Numbered from the stretch's first letter, positions 37,291 through 52,779 are shown. The stretch: 64,000 bases of DNA from Octopus sinensis (GCF_006345805.1 NC_043009.1:30690001-30754000); one strand, 5' to 3'. A program made the numbers and translations. The notes: generated by a model from the sequence alone, not told the origin.

Positions 37291-38546
37291 TAAAAGAAGG
37301 TAAAAGCAATCCCTGGATATTACTGTTGTGAATTCTATAACTGATAGCGTCCGGTCAGTTTGTTTGTGAAGCCTCTAATTGAATGTGATCAAAACGTTGC
37401 CCCAGAATGGGATAACAGTTTGTTGCAGGTTTACACGCTTACAGCTAGGTGCAGTAGACCAACGTGTACATATGTTATTATGTACAAATGTGTGTGTGTT
37501 TGTACTTGCATGGATTGTACCGAAAGTAATGCAAAAGTGTTCAAATTGTTTTTTTTTTTTTGTTTATGTTCATTAAATGACTTATGTCGGTCAAACTATC
37601 CATATTTGTCGATACCTCCGCAATTGTAGTCTCTCTTCTACTTGTTCCTCATCATTGCAGACAAATCTAATTACATCTGTTATTTTCATAGCTCTAGGCA
37701 TTTATTTGCATGATATTTGGCTGCTCTTTCTTCTGGACGAGTGGCTACATAAAATTTCTCTTTTAGTGCCAGAGCAATTTCATGCCTTGGATGGATATTT
37801 GGTCAGTCATGTGATATATACAAACAAAACTTATTTATACTAAATCTTTCTATTTTTTTCTGAAATTTGATGTGTGTTAACTCTGATCATCTATCTTCAA
37901 GGTAAGCTTCGGGTGTGAAAATTATGAAATTTCCCAGATAACCAGAAATTACTTGAATTTATTGTGTTCCAGTAGAGTCCAGCTGCAGGGAAGAATTGCC
38001 ATTAAAGCCTGGTGTCCTTTCCCTTCTGAAGGCTGTCTCTTGTGTACATAGCAATCAAAGGTTCTTATTATGTACTTAAGCTGGTTTATTAACAATGAGG
38101 GTTACCAAAGAACTTTGATGTCTTGTGACATTATCGCTGTTTATGACCAAGTCTTGGTAACTTAACATTCTGGCGTATGTAACACTTCAAAATAATGTTT
38201 CACTTAGTCCCATAACCAAGTAAGTAGAAGCAATACAGAATAATCTATAACACAGAGAAATTTCAAAGCCCACCTAGCTTACAGATTTCTCATATAATGA
38301 TGCTACCCGACTATAGACGTGATTTTGGTAAGTACAATGCAGTTGGTACATTAGTGGATAAATTCATGGGAAGTCGAGTCATCCTATAAAAATAAAACTG
38401 TTTTAGTCACTTGATATCAGACTCATAGTATTTATGCAGGCGTTCAACTTACTAAAACAACAAAAAAAGAAACAGCAAGGGCAAAAAAAATCACCTCTTT
38501 CATACATTATGAAGATAATATTAATTTGATTGCATAATCTTGAAAT

Positions 38547-38830
38547 AGTGGAGGCACATGGACTAGTGGTCAGAGCAGTGGACTCGCGGTCGAGGGATTG
38601 CGGGATCAAATCTCAGACCGAGCGAGGTGTGTGTTTATGAGTGAAACACCTAAGCTCCACGCAGCTCTGATAGAAGGTAATGGCGAACTTCTGCTGACTC
38701 TTTCACCACAACTTTCTCTCACAGCTCACCTGCAATGTCCCTTCCGAGTGGGGAACCTATACGCCGATGAAACCAGGAACCAGCCCTTATGAGTCAAGCC
38801 TGGCTCGAGAAGGAACAAACAACAACAATC
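38547..38830 (+). mobile_element. SINE family R
   Basis: GGAGGCACATGGACTAGTGGTCAGAGCAGTGGACTCGCGGTCG head; ends in (AAC)n. Confidence 0.82.
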
Positions 38831-40962
38831 TTGAAATAATGATGATGCTAAAATGTTTTCATATTATTGTGCTTACACTTATTCTGAAATTATATTTTAG
38901 ACAAAGGCAGAAATCTGCATCTTAAGTAAAACTAAGCGTTCATCTCGAAATCAATGAAGAACAATGGATCAAGTTACGTGGTATTAGCAACACCTTTTAA
39001 CACCATCGGGAAGAAAAAATGGAAGTAATTGCAAGAAAAAGACTCTGACATTCATTCCCAATGAACAGATATTAGAATCTAAATGTGATAACCAGGTTAA
39101 GACAGCAATAAATAGTTGATGAAATGGTCACGTCATTAAATAATTATTTTGGAGCAACAAGTGATTTAATTGGTAAAGCATTATTTATTAACATGAATGC
39201 TTGAAATCCCGAAGCAATTATTTCAGCAGTCAAGATATTTCCTGCTACCACCTGCTGACAGAATACTCTTCCATGCAAAAAGAAAAGAAAAAGATACTGA
39301 GAAAACGTTAGCTAAAGGTGGACGGCAATAAAGTATTTGATAAATCAACGATGGGGTTATCACAGTTGATTGTATTACAATAAGCAAATCTTTGTAATTT
39401 TGTTTTGTGTGTGTGTGTGTGTGTGCGTGCGTGTATGAGTGTGTGTGTGTGAGTGTGTGTGTGAGAGAGAGTGTGTTTGTGTTTGCCTATAGAGAACAAA
39501 TACTGCTCTAAAAAATGTAGAGTATGTGATACATATTGTTGTGGAGATTCTAGCGAAATTGAATCGATTATGCTTCCTTTCAAAACTGGGTTTTAACATG
39601 GACTACATTCTGATTGCAGCCAAGAAACAATGGGATCCTGATGTGGTCTAACACAAACTGGAATCATTGCTTACTTCTTTCAGCAGATTATATGGGTATA
39701 AAATTTTCGTTCTTTGAATCTGAAAAGTTATATGAAATTATGAGCAGTCATTCAAAATTTTAACCTAACCCAAGTAACTCCGCAGTTAATATTCTCACTT
39801 AACCCAAGCAACTCTGCAGTTAATAATTTAGCCTATTACACAAAAAAATAAAATAAAATATATGATATTAAATTGGTGCATAATAATATATTAAACAATA
39901 GCCTCACATTAAATCACAAGAAATTATATTTCTGGTGTGAGAATATTTTACTTCAATTTTTCACATCAGTGAGTTAAACCGACAGAGAATACGATTAATT
40001 CTGTGAATCACTTTAAATGTCCAACGGCTTCAACTAAATTGAGTTGCTTTGATGCAGGGCGGGGGTGAGGTCACGCAACTTGCTTAATATTTTCCTGAAA
40101 CATTTAGTTGTTTAGATTCATATGATAATTACTGTCAAAAGATATGCTTCAGAAAAACAGTATGGAAAGATTTTAGGAATTACAATAATGCATACCATTT
40201 TGTATCTTATAATCACACTTTAGCACTGGACATAAACTTCTGCCTACGACGATGGCAGTGCTGAAGAATTGTGTGTCGATTAGGTAAAATATAACACCAG
40301 CCAAAAACAGAGGAGTCTTTTGCATGACTGTGTAATGAAAATAAAATCTCCTAAAAACACACCTTAAATCCTTACAAAAGAACACACCGTTTACTGGGAT
40401 AGGGATGGGCATATGTGGAATGCTTTTGGATACAATTTTGCTAGATCAGATCTTATTTAAAGCTAAATTGCAACGATATGATGCCACGTTTGTATATCAC
40501 ATCATCTCATGCACACGGCAATCATTAACAAAAATCCAACAAAGATGTTATGAAATAAGAAAGAACTTCCTGTAGTATGAACATGTGACAAATACTAGCT
40601 CTATCTTGAGGGAAAGAATATTGAGCCACACTCAACTCTTATCATTATACAGGACTTGAGAGTGGATGACTTCACCAAGGATGCTATACTGATCACTCAA
40701 ATCATTTTTTTTTACAATTATAGTCACATTCTGTCACCCTCTCACTTCCCCCTTTACTCACTACACACACACAAAGGAATATTATATATACAAAGGTATA
40801 TCATATATATATATATATGTATTCTTATTTCCATTTGTGTGTATGGAACACACACATCACGACTGATTTGTATACAATATTGATACATACATGTACAGCA
40901 ATATATGTATGCATATACGTATTTGCTCATTTAATATTCATATATGTATATAAATATGTATG

Positions 40963-41012
<50 letters not shown>

Positions 41013-42418
41013 AACATTAAAAAAACACCCTGCATATAAATATAAAAGAAAATACAGGAGGCACAGTTAACTATGATATTCAACACATTATACACTCAGA
41101 TTCACACATTCATTGCAGTGGTCCTTCAGTTTTTCTAAGCCCTGTTAAAGAACTTGAAAGGTTGGAGCTCTAATGAGTCCTTTCGTGGTTCTCTTAATGC
41201 CTGGTATGTTCCTGCACCCCTCGTCTTTATACACACACATACACACACACACACATAAATATATATGATGTTGCTCTTTGTTGCTAATTAAAACACATTG
41301 CTTACATTCCACTTCGTATTTTATTAAGAAAGAACTGGATGATTAGCTAACGGATCTATTGATTCAGACAGCAAATATTCAAAAGGTAACCAGGCTCGGT
41401 TCACCAGTTGGTAATCAGAAATAAGCAACTCTGAGCACTTAAAATCAAGCCTTTTAGTTATTATATATATATTTACACATTATATATAAACATATATATG
41501 TAACAAGCAGAAATTCTAGTTTTAAATCTCTCATAGAGATGATCGCAGTAGTTGTACTAACAAGCATTGTTTGTAGCCACTTCAACATGGCTGTCCATTC
41601 AAATAGACTTTACTACGATTTTTTAACCCCAAGAGGACATCTGCACAGCTGCATCCGAGATGTTACAAGCAGGAGAGCTCACAAATATCTCAGATGCTTG
41701 TTATATGTGTGTGATGCATATATATATATATTTACACACACACATATATGTATGTATATATGCATTTGCTAAGATGGCAAATAAAATGTGAATTTAAACA
41801 TTTTCTATACAGAAAGATATTCAACTATTTCAAAATGGACTTTGCTTGTGTATTTTTCTTCCTCTTAGATGTTGAATTCACGCCAAGCTTTAGTTGGCAC
41901 CGTGACACAGTAACACAGTGCCACAATTGCATCTGTCACAGCATGTCTGCCGATGTATGTACACAAATTCGATCTGGTTTAAATTGTCTCATAAATTTCA
42001 GTCAATACAGCCACCATGTCAAGAATAATACAACAACCTGATTACAACACTAATAGATAAGTGGGAATGTATATAAAGTGTTTATAAATCATATAATAAC
42101 GTCGTTTACTCGATAGAAGCCTTATGACGCAGCATTCAAGTTTGCCCATGGTCATAAAGAAACTGAAATGCGGAGATTACCTTGTTTTTGCAGATATATG
42201 TGTGTATCGTTTTCATCAGCAACAATCTATAGAAAACGAATATTTTCTGTTTTACAGCTAACAACTGTAAGAGATATAAAAATGAAATTTCTTTCAACAG
42301 TTTTGCTCCAAAACACAGATCAAGCTCTATTGGAATTCCATTCCCTTCAGCACAAGATAAGCCTCATTTACAATGTGTTCAGCTCCCCTCCTTCCCGTCG
42401 CTCTCTTCTCTCTCTCTC

Positions 42419-42486
<68 letters not shown>

Positions 42487-44231
42487 AGTATGTATGCGTA
42501 TGTATCTATGTATACACACAAAACATATATATATACATATATATGTGTGTGAGTGTGTGTATTTATATATACATGTATATATGGGCATGTGTATGTATAT
42601 ATATATAAATATATATATGTGTGTGTGTGTGTGCGTGTGTGTTTATATGTATGTATATGCGTGCCTTTACATGTATGTGTGTGTGTGTGTTTGTGGTGAG
42701 ATTGTCTGTTACTGATACTGTGCAAATTGATATGTATGTAGATTCAGACATTGTTTCGTATCACTGATTTGATTCTTGGCATCGATCCAGTTGTGATGTA
42801 GCAATGGTAGTGAGAAGATTCTTATAAGTATCAATATCGCCAGTAATGGCGATATATTTCAAGCTTGTTGAGCAAATGTAACGTAGAAGAATAGTTAGAG
42901 CATTGCTGAAATATGACGGCAAAGGAGCGGAATCGCTTAATCTGGATATCATCCGACATGAATATCACCGCCTCCACCACTGACACCTCCACCACCACCA
43001 CTTCAAAACATAATACCAAAACCACCATCGCCATTGTCATAGTCAACGTTTCGTTTTACAGTTGTCGTTATCTTTATCATTGTCATCATCATCGTCGTCG
43101 ATGTTGTCACCAACTTCCCCTTCGTATTTGTCATCATCGTTTCCACCCCTTCTCATCCTAATTGTCGTCGTCATCATCTTGAAGAGATGACACAAACGGA
43201 TGACAATAGCAAGCTTGTTTTCTAAAATATTTCTCTTCACATCAGGGATGATTTACAAAAGAAATCCCGATAACTCACTGATATTTCATTTGATCGAACC
43301 TCCGAGAGATGAAGCTCAAAGTTAACCTCGTTTGGATTCGAACTCAGATGGCAAAGGAGTCAGACGAGATTATCTTGCTCATGAAGATGATGATGGCAGT
43401 GATGGTAGTGATGATTGTGATGATGATGATGACAACAATGACGATGCTGCTGCTACTGCTGACATTGCTGCTGCTGATAATGATGATGATGATCATCATC
43501 ATCATCATTCTCACCATGACTATTCGGAGTAAAAGTAGCAGGAGGCTAAATAATGAGAAATCATCGGAGTAACATATTTTTTAAAAAATAAAACAATTTA
43601 TTTGATATAAAAGGAGTTTTATTTGAAAACCACTTAAAAACTATTAAAACGAGACGAAAAAAATAAGAGAGAAACATGGGATGAATATTCATAAATATTT
43701 AAAGGAACAAAACATCTTTTCTAGTTAATTAATGATAAATATTCATCAGAAAATCTCTCGTAAAATGAATGTTTGTCATGAAGGTGTTGTAACCATATTC
43801 ATGATACCAGCATAAACATAAAACCCTCACTCACCACATCACTATATCATTTACGCTGATAATTGCGTGGGTTTGTTTGTACGTTTTTCTTAATGTTTGT
43901 TTATTTTTTTGTTCTCTTTTTTTTTTGCACTGCTAATCGTTTGCAACTCACTACAATCCATGGGTCTGTTGATTATCTTCAATTTTGTGTATTAATTAGC
44001 TGATGAGATATAAATCTACTAATGAACAGAACGCTAGTTTATGACGTGTAGATTTTCGAGGAAAGAGAAATTCAATTTTGCACAGCAAGGCAACACGAAA
44101 TATATAAATAAAGAGATGAATAACAAGGAAAACCGTTGGTTCAATCCCTTTCTCTAGCTGATGAAATTTCTCTCGTGGGGGCTTTAGTATCCCAATGAGA
44201 TTTATATGTGTATTAATACTGATTCCAAGTT

Positions 44232-44430
44232 TTGTCACAAGGCTAACAATTTCAGAGAAGGAGACTAGTCGATTACGTCGACCGCATTGGTCAGCTAGTA
44301 TTTATTCTCTCGACCTCCGGAAGGATGAAAGGCAAAGACGACATCGGCGGAATTTGAACTCTAAAGACGGACGAAATGCCGCTAAGCACTTTGTCCGGCG
44401 TGCTAGTAAATATGCCAGCTCGCCACCCCG
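44232..44430 (-). mobile_element. SINE family B, diverged
   Basis: GGATGAAAGGCAAAGACGAC..GGAATTTGAACTC..GCCAGCTCGCC; further degenerate copies at ~2280-2400, 43285-43380, 45600-45720, 51190-51350 and 54300-54390. Confidence 0.78.
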
Positions 44431-45903
44431 TATACATATTAGAATCATACGTTTCTTTCTATTGTTTTATTTCCAAACCAAGTCTCTAGAACTTAACTGA
44501 TCAATTTGTTAATTGTAGGGAGTGGTCTGCTATCTGGTCATTGTGGGAGCCTCTATAAGTTCGTTTGCACTCCTTGAAATAGCATTCACATTCCGCTCAA
44601 ATCATATTAAACAAGTTAAGATATGTCTGAAAACAATTATAAAGAGCAGACGGAGGGTGATAAATGGAATGATCTTTATGTGATCAGTGTTGACCTCCGC
44701 AAAATAACAACAGCTTTGGAAAGCCAAAGGTTAAAAACAACAATTACAACAGTAACAACAACATCAAATACAGCACAAAATAACAACAACAACAACAACA
44801 ACTCTGCATTGCAAAAACTTTCCCCGCATCAAAAGCTAAATAACGAAACCAATGGAGAGACTACATTCATTTAGATAGACACGATTATTAAAAGACATTT
44901 TGACCGTAAAGTGATTAGAACTGACAAACTCAGAAAGACTAGTTGCGTTGAACATTATTAACTCTTTGTCATCGCTGTTAGTAGTTCTCGAAATCATTAA
45001 CCCTTTACTAAATTACTTGTCTCTCTCTAATGCTTTCTCTTACTAATTCACGCATCAATTATGATAAAACTTTATGATACCTAATTCCCTTCTGGATATA
45101 ACTTTTAAAATATGACTTTCATAGTGACATTTCCAGAAACATTTATACGCATTAAGCATATTTTAACTTGATTGTGTCCATGCACTAATGTTACAGATAT
45201 AAATTTCAAGCCTCCTCACCTTCTTTTTGTTAGTTATTTCTGCAGTGTTTTGTTTCCATTAAAATATTCTATTAAGGTTGAAAAGAATAGGTGCACAACG
45301 CAAAGCAACTATGATGAAAACTCGCCATATAATAGGCATGACACATGCAAATTATACATTAATAATATTAAATAATTAAATGGCATATCTAATTTCATAT
45401 ATATGCGTGTGAATGTGTGTGTGTAGATAGATAGAGAGAGAAAATTATACATAGGTAGAGATATCGACTTAGTTTTAATATAATATTCTTTGTTATGAAA
45501 GGTTTCCTTAGATTCTATAAATTCTCTGACAGAATTGTATAATAACGAATCTATCCTAGACAAACATTAATGTGGATTGGGGTTTAGGAAAAGAACAAAG
45601 ACCATTTAGAAGAGGGATTACTCGACACCAGTATGTGGATGGTACTTCTAATTTATCGAGCCTGAATGGATGAAAAATAAAGTTGAACCCTGTGGTGTTT
45701 GAATTGAGGACATAAAGCGGGGCAAGGGACTTTCAGAACGTAAAGGGCAAGTATATAAGGTACTTTGTCCAGTGTTCCAATGAAGCTGTCAACACATAAC
45801 GAAAGAAATAACAATGAGAATGAGGTGAGCTGATAGGAAAATAAGATATATATATATATTATATATATATATATATATATAATATATATATATACGTGTG
45901 TGT

Positions 45904-45935
<32 letters not shown>

Positions 45936-46319
45936 TTGTGTCTTCTGCATGTGTGTGTGTTATTGATTGCCAGGAACAACTGAAGTTCAGAGTAATATCT
46001 ACATGTAGATATAGAGAGAAATTGTTGAAACATTTCTTCAACCCATTCATTTTCTTTCCTTCTTAACATTTCTGTTCTCTCCTTCTTATCTTTTCCATCA
46101 CAGTTTCTGACGTCTCTACATCTGAATTCAGTATGGTCACTCGTACTTCTTTTCAGTCAGGGTTACATGATTTGAATCAAGTAATGCACATATGTTTATA
46201 TATATACACAGATAGATAGACAGATAGATGATAGAACCGTGCCATTGTTCCTAGATTGATTTGACCTTCTAAATACGATATATGCACTATTAGTAAAGTA
46301 ATCATTGATAGGGTAATGC

Positions 46320-47100
46320 TCGCTCTTAAGCCTAAAATTAGATTAGTCCTCTGGTCTGATACCTAAGAGGTGGTGGGATGATTTAAGCTTCCAGAAATTA
46401 GTAAGAATAGTAAATTCTTGCAACTAGATATTAAGAGCTATTATGCCACTATTAACCCGATCATCCTTAATCAAGCCCTGATTTATAGCATGAGAAATTC
46501 CGATTTATCCCGATGCGAAAAAGATATTATACTTGCCGCGTGAGCCACTCTAGTGGATTTTGATGGTAGATTGTGGAATAGATTAGATAGGGAGAATACT
46601 TTGCATATAGTAACGGAGTCATATAACTCTGCGCAGGTCACAGAGCTAGTCGGAATATATATCCTTTCATTAATCCAGTCTTCTTTTCTGGAGGTAACAG
46701 TGAGTCTATATAGGGATGACACTTTATTTTTGTTGGCCAGAAGTAGTAAAGTACAAATTAGAAAGGCATAGGAAAAATGTATTTGGATTTCTTAAAATTT
46801 AGGACTAAACATTGCAATGGGAAAGGATTATCATGGAGTGAATTTTCTTGACACTACCTTCTGTCTTGATTCCGGTCTATTTGAACCATTTCATAAGCCA
46901 AAGTATCTTATTAAGTACATAAATGTAGCATCCAATCACCCACCCTCGATGATACAGGGATTAGTTAAGAATATTTCTACAAGAAGTTTTAGATTGTCAT
47001 CCAATAATACAATTTTTGAATCAAATGCAACTTATTATAATGCTGTTCTAGCTAGGACTGTGTACCGTGAAAAAATTCAATGTGTACAAGAAGCAGGCAT
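46320..47100 (+). pseudogene. Penelope-like element RT fragment (same broad clade as 21990-23090)
   Basis: LQLDIKSYYATIN..SYNSAQVTELVGIYILS..LYRDDTL..VNFLDTTFCL..FHKPK..YINVASNHPP..RLSSN; stops and frameshifts. Confidence 0.85.
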
Positions 47101-47519
47101 ACACAACATTGGTAATTCCTACAATTGTAATACATATTGTACATCATCACAACATCACGATGTGAGAACTCACTCAGATAGAGAACACAGGACGGAAGAA
47201 TTGGTCAAGACAATGAACTACCAATGAAAACTCATACACACATGTGACATAAGAATCGAACTATTTGTAACACTGTAAATTGTCCCAGTCATGTACAACA
47301 CACTCAATCAAATAAGCATAACGATAGATATAGGAATCAGGATATCCTCTAATTCAATATATATTATATATGTGTGTGTGAGTATACACACATATTTACT
47401 TACACATGTATAAATATATATTATATGTGTGTGTGTGAGTATACACACATATTTACTTACACATGTATAAATATATATATATATGAGTGTGTGTGTATGT
47501 ATGTATCTATATATTTATA

Positions 47520-47690
47520 GGGGAGAATTCACAAAAAAACAAAAGACGAAGACAGGTGGTGTAGACAACAAACAGATGTATTGGTGTAGTGCTCGGGAAG
47601 AGAAAAAGTCTTTAATGTTTCGAGCCTATGCTCTTCCACAGAAAGACACAAGGAGAGAAAATAATGTGTAGTGGCTAGCGATCTCACACA
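47520..47690 (-). mobile_element. PLE pseudo-LTR-like repeat with a hammerhead-like motif at 47608-47647
   Basis: Minus: GTCTTT CTGTGGA A GAGC ATAG GCTC GAAAC ATT AAAGAC; perfect 6 bp stem I and 4 bp stem II. Confidence 0.55.
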
Positions 47691-47691
47691 C

Positions 47692-47730
<39 letters not shown>

Positions 47731-47760
47731 TGTGTGTATATATGTATTCATGCACTCGTT

Positions 47761-47808
<48 letters not shown>

Positions 47809-49179
47809 TAATATATATATATATATAATATATATATATATATATCAATAAATGCCAGTAAACACAACTCTTACAATACATTTATTTGACTTAACTGTCA
47901 GTATTGGGTTCTGCAGTCAGTATATGTTCCGTTATTATTCTCAAACTTGCTTTAATATTGCATCAATTTCACGTTAATGTCTGCACGCATGCGTGCACAC
48001 ACACTCGTACACACACATTTGCAGAATCAACAAAACCAAGTTACTTCCTTTCTTTCTCTGCTAATTTTCTTTGCCATACAAAACTAAATGTTACATAATG
48101 TTATTGTTCAATCACGTATTTGTATGAACTTTCATTAATCTAAACGATATATTAGACCTGAAATGTGTTATTTTCTCCATTTACATTCATCGGTTGCATT
48201 GTGAATTATTTCTAGAATTTAATTCAATATTTCAAGTTATTTTTCATCATACTTTTTTAACGGAGTGAAACTTATATAACATGTTTTGCAAAGTAAAGCA
48301 TACATTCATAGAAGTTAATCTTTTGGGTGATTGCCATTTCAGATATATTTGCATAATAGTTTTTTTTTAGCAGAAGAGTTAAAAAGAGTATCACATGACT
48401 TTCGAATTGAATATAGAACGAACTTATTTTTTCTCGATTTTGCAGTAGCGTTTCAAAATTTATTTTTTTCTCTCTAACCATCTTTAGAATAATCTTGTTT
48501 TCTCAGTTTGCGTTTAAGCTTTTATTTTCAAAAAGACAAAATAGATTTCGTAAATAAAGGAATTTGTATTTTTGCTTAGGCATAGGGTATCTCGCAACAA
48601 TCTTCTCACGGGAAATTCACAGGAGATTGAAAGAGTTATGCATTTCAAGGAAGGCTTCACACCACAAATATAAGACAAGATAAACGAATTTTCTTGCTCA
48701 TACATCATGTTAAATGTACACACAAGGCTACTGGACAAAATCATTAAAACAGAAAATGATTTTACACACGAACATTCGAAAACTACAGTTATAATTATCA
48801 TTTGTGAATTAAGCAGCGGTATTTTGTCTCAAAGGAGTCAAAGCGATAATGCCACACACCAGAAGAACGGTTACCTCAATAAAAAATATCAACAATGGAA
48901 TGGGAAGTATTTGATGTGTTTGCTTGACCATTAAAAAAATGCATTCAGTCATTTGATTGAAGGGGTGAACTGGATAATCTACAAAAGGACGTAGTGGTGA
49001 CAAGTGGATGTTATTGATAATACCTCTGTTTCGTCATGCCTTACCATTAACAAACAACAACAATACTGTTTACTACCTTAATCACCAATATTACAAATAA
49101 TGGAATTAACAATGCAAAACATAAATATTGAAAAAAAAAACAAATGAAAGATTGTTACAAGAATGGGAAGTAGTAATTC

Positions 49180-49960
49180 TTTCTGCTTTAGGCACAATGG
49201 CCTGAAATTTGGGGTTAGATCTATAATCGATTATTCTGACCCCCTTGCTCAACTAGTACTTATTTCATTCAAATGGAGGAAAGGTAAAGTCGATAGTGTA
49301 GGAATTTGAAATCAGAACGTAAAGGCAGACAAAATTTTGTTCAGAGAGCTAAAGATTCTGCCAGCTTGCTACCTTGAATGGGGAAATGATAATAGTAATA
49401 TTAATAATTAAATCAAGGTGGTATGCCGGCAGAAATGTTAACATGCCGGGCAAAATGCATAACGGTATTTAATCGGGCTAGACATTCTGAGTTCAAATTC
49501 CACCGAGGTCGACTTTGCCTTTCATCCTTTTGGGGTCGATAAATTAAGTACCTGTTGCATACTGGAGTCGATCTAATTGATTGGGCCCCTCCTCAAAGAT
49601 TTCGGGCCTTGTGCTTAGAGTTGAAAAAATATTAATAATTAAATCACCTTTTCCAAAGTAAACAAGAACTGACAGGACTAACGAGAGATTTTCAGGCTCA
49701 TGCAGGTAATATACAATATACGTATGCAGACAGTGTGAAAACAAGGCGAACTTGCGCTATACTCTGCTAGCATTGCCAACGAATTACCAAATAGGCAATT
49801 ATTCACAGCTAACCTCACAAGAGACATAACATGAATTCTGAGGATATTTAGAACAAGAGGACTAGTAGTCTTATGTTCTGAATTCAAATTCTACCGGAGT
49901 CGACTTTACCTCTCACCCTTTCCTGGATCGATAAAATGAGTACAAGTTGAACTTTATGTG
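49180..49960. mobile_element. Cluster of three family B SINE copies (- 49180-49380, + 49415-49640, + 49860-49960)
   Basis: Shared TCTGAGTTCAAATTCCACCGAGGTCGACTTTGCCTTTCATCC motif. Confidence 0.75.
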
Positions 49961-50164
49961 TTTTTCAAGATCCACTCTTCCAAAAGAGAATTATACTCAC
50001 AATGGAAAGAGCCTGAACAAATACCACAAGGATTCCTGTCCGACGTTCTTATAATTCCTGTAATCTATACACATACATATTGACAGGTACACACAAGCAC
50101 ACACACATAAACACAGACATGCATATATACACGTGTGTGTATTTATGTATTATTTTATTCTGAG

Positions 50165-50720
50165 ATTAGTTTCAGCTTGAGAATTGCGTCCATGATATGG
50201 CACAACCGTTAGTTTTGCTATCTTTTCTTTGCTCGAAGCATCCTCTGGTGTGTGCCGTTTGTGGAATGCTGGTGTCTGATGTTTGCCAGCTTTATCAGCG
50301 TTTCCTGCAGTGAGGTAGTTTCATCAGAAACTCTTGACAGGAAAAGATCCAGTTTTGATTTGAAGATACCTACATCCACACCATGTAGGTCACCCAGGCT
50401 TTGAAGGAGGGATATTGAAGAGCTGTGGGCCCTGCAAGCCCAAATAGTTGCTGTATCTGTTCCTGTCTCCTGATGGCGATATTGGGATGTTTGGCATAAT
50501 GCAATGGCGTCCTGTTATGCTGTATGGGTTAGCTTCCAGTGCCGAAGTTTGGTACAAATTCTTCCAGGATTTTCCAGATGTATATCACTGCAGATTATTC
50601 CTGGGTATTAGAGGTAGAGTCTTAACTTTTTCAACCTCTCCCAGTAGCTGACATGGCACATAGAGACGGTCTTTATGCAGCTCGCTGAATTGCTTCGAGT
50701 TCCACCATATTTCTATGTGG
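50165..50720 (-). mobile_element. CR1-group LINE 3' fragment, diverged
   Basis: Reverse complement of 28050-28480 and 53100-53650 (ELEAIQR, YWERLKKLRLY, FKIKTG..FLSRVSDE); 3' tail motif present. Confidence 0.82.
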
Positions 50721-51384
50721 ACATTTTAATTAGAGAAGGAATGAATAGTAATGTTGATTCCTGCAAAGCATTCAGTGAGATAGTCTTAGAGTAAGAGAAA
50801 ATTATGCAATACGCTGTAGACTAACTGAATCTAAAAAAAAAAGAATCTTTATATGTTAAAATAAACATATACGTAACTACTACTGTGTTTCCTGAAAACT
50901 GGTTGCTTTGATAAAGACACCAAGACAGCACACTGTTTGCCGGGAGATAAATAAGAGAAATTCTAAAAAATCCCGCTGATTTACTCATCCAAACAGAAAA
51001 ACTACAAAATGCTAAAAATATAACAGCTATTGAAAGATCATACAATTAAGATATCTTCAAATTTATATATGTAAGAGTGAGGTAATGTGTGCCACAATGC
51101 AGACCATTAACCATTCTGAGAGCAGCATACTAATTCATATATTTCTCCTGATTCCTTTGCAATACATCAAGAATAAGAAATCCACCAAAAGGTTTGATAA
51201 TGGCGGTGAGTTGGCAAAATCGTTACCGTACCGGAGAAAATGCTTTGCTGCTTTTCTCCCGACTTTACGTTTGGAGTTCAATTGTCAATGGAGTCAACAT
51301 TGCCTTACATCTTCCCGGGGTCGATACAATAGGTACCATTTGAACAAAGAGAGCGTTATGATTAACTATCTCACTCAGAAGGCC

Positions 51385-51490
51385 CGAGGCTATAGTAGAA
51401 GACACTTGCCCAAGGTGCCACACATTGGGACTGAACCCAGAACTATGTGGTTCGTAAGCAAGCTACTTACCACACAGCCACTCCTACCCC
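51385..51490 (-). mobile_element. SINE family A 5' head fragment
   Basis: GGCTATAGTAGAAGACACTTGCCCAAGGTGCC..CAGCCACTCC. Confidence 0.85.
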
Positions 51491-51650
51491 TATTGAAAAG
51501 GTTGCAATACGCAATGAAAATTTTAGAAAAATTTACGAGTGGAAATTTCACCAGCGAGTGTCTTAAATTATAAGGCACTAAAAGCGAATGACCCTCCCCA
51601 AACACAACACAATACGCACACACACATACACACACACACACACATACACG

Positions 51651-51682
<32 letters not shown>

Positions 51683-52159
51683 CAGAGGTATAAAATTCTT
51701 TAATTTCATTCCACCTACATTTCATTTCGCTAACCATTAGTAAGTAGAGACGTCAAATTATTCAATAACTTACTTGAGAAGCATGTGTATTTGGCACCGG
51801 AGAATATTTTACAATATAGAACACTTCATTTTACAAGTTGTTGAAATTAACTAACTATCGCAGAAATCATGAGAGGAATCTTGCCCCAACCAAATATGGT
51901 AAGAATTATATAAAATAAATAATGCTAATCTCATTAAAGCAAATACATTTTGCATATGAACGTCGATTTTATCTTTTGGGTATCCTGTTTTTGTAGAAAA
52001 TCCGATTATGTGAGTAATTTCTTTAAGCAATTCCTGAATTATGTTGATATCTGCAGGTCACTCCATAGATGGGGCACTTAGTATGACATCATGTATGCAT
52101 AATGTATACATATATATATGTATATATACATACACACACACATATATATATATATAGTC

Positions 52160-52390
52160 AGGCGGCGAGCTGGCAGAATCGTTAGCACGCCGGGCGAAAT
52201 GCGTAGCCGTATTTCGCCTGCTGTTACATTCTGAGTTCAAATTCCGCCGAGGTCGACTTTGCCTTTCATCCTTTCGGGGTCGATAAATAAAGTACCAGTT
52301 ACGCACTGGGGTCGATGTAATCGACTTAATCCCTTTGTCTGTCTTTGTTTGTCCCCTCTATGTTTAGCCCCTTGTGGGTAATAAAGAAAT
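52160..52390 (+). mobile_element. SINE family B, full length and young-looking
   Basis: GGCGGCGAGCTGGCAGAATCGTTAGC..GAGTTCAAATTCCGCCGAGGTCGACTTTGCCTTTCATCCTTTCGGGGTCGATAAATAAAGTACC. Confidence 0.9.
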
Positions 52391-52414
52391 ATATATATAT
52401 ATATATATATATTT

Positions 52415-52598
52415 TGACCCCCTTCGGTCAGACACTGACCATGGGTTTGTACCTAGAGAGTTACCCTCTGAGGCACAAGTCTGGGCAAGGTTGTTTTATG
52501 GAAGACCAGCAGTCGCCCATGCATACCGGCCTCCCCTCTCCACGTCACCGATGTTGTCCAAGGGAAAGGCAAAGGCCGATATAGCTTGGCACCTGTGA
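52415..52598 (-). mobile_element. GC-rich retroposon 3' tail fragment (probable SINE/RTE-type tail)
   Basis: GC-rich block flanked by (TA)n; family assignment is from recollection only. Confidence 0.4.
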
Positions 52599-52721
52599 TA
52601 TATATATATATATATATAAGGAAATATATACAGGGTAGGAAAATTATAGAAAATTTTCTACCAGTGGCCTAGCATGCAAAAATAGTCAATAGACTAGACT
52701 ATATATTATTCATACACTAAT

Positions 52722-52754
<33 letters not shown>

Positions 52755-52779
52755 GAAAGAGAGAGAGAGAGCGAGGAAC

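Noticed and set aside
41160-41200. CTAATGAGTCC hammerhead-like start
   Set aside because: G5 mutated and no GGAC-GAAA return strand
43998-44190. Two CTGATGA cores at 44000 and 44158
   Set aside because: No GAAA after a stem II and no stem I/III pairing
48560-48934. Semi-open frame in unique sequence (75 aa ORF plus upstream stretch)
   Set aside because: No recognisable motif or splice signals; internal stop
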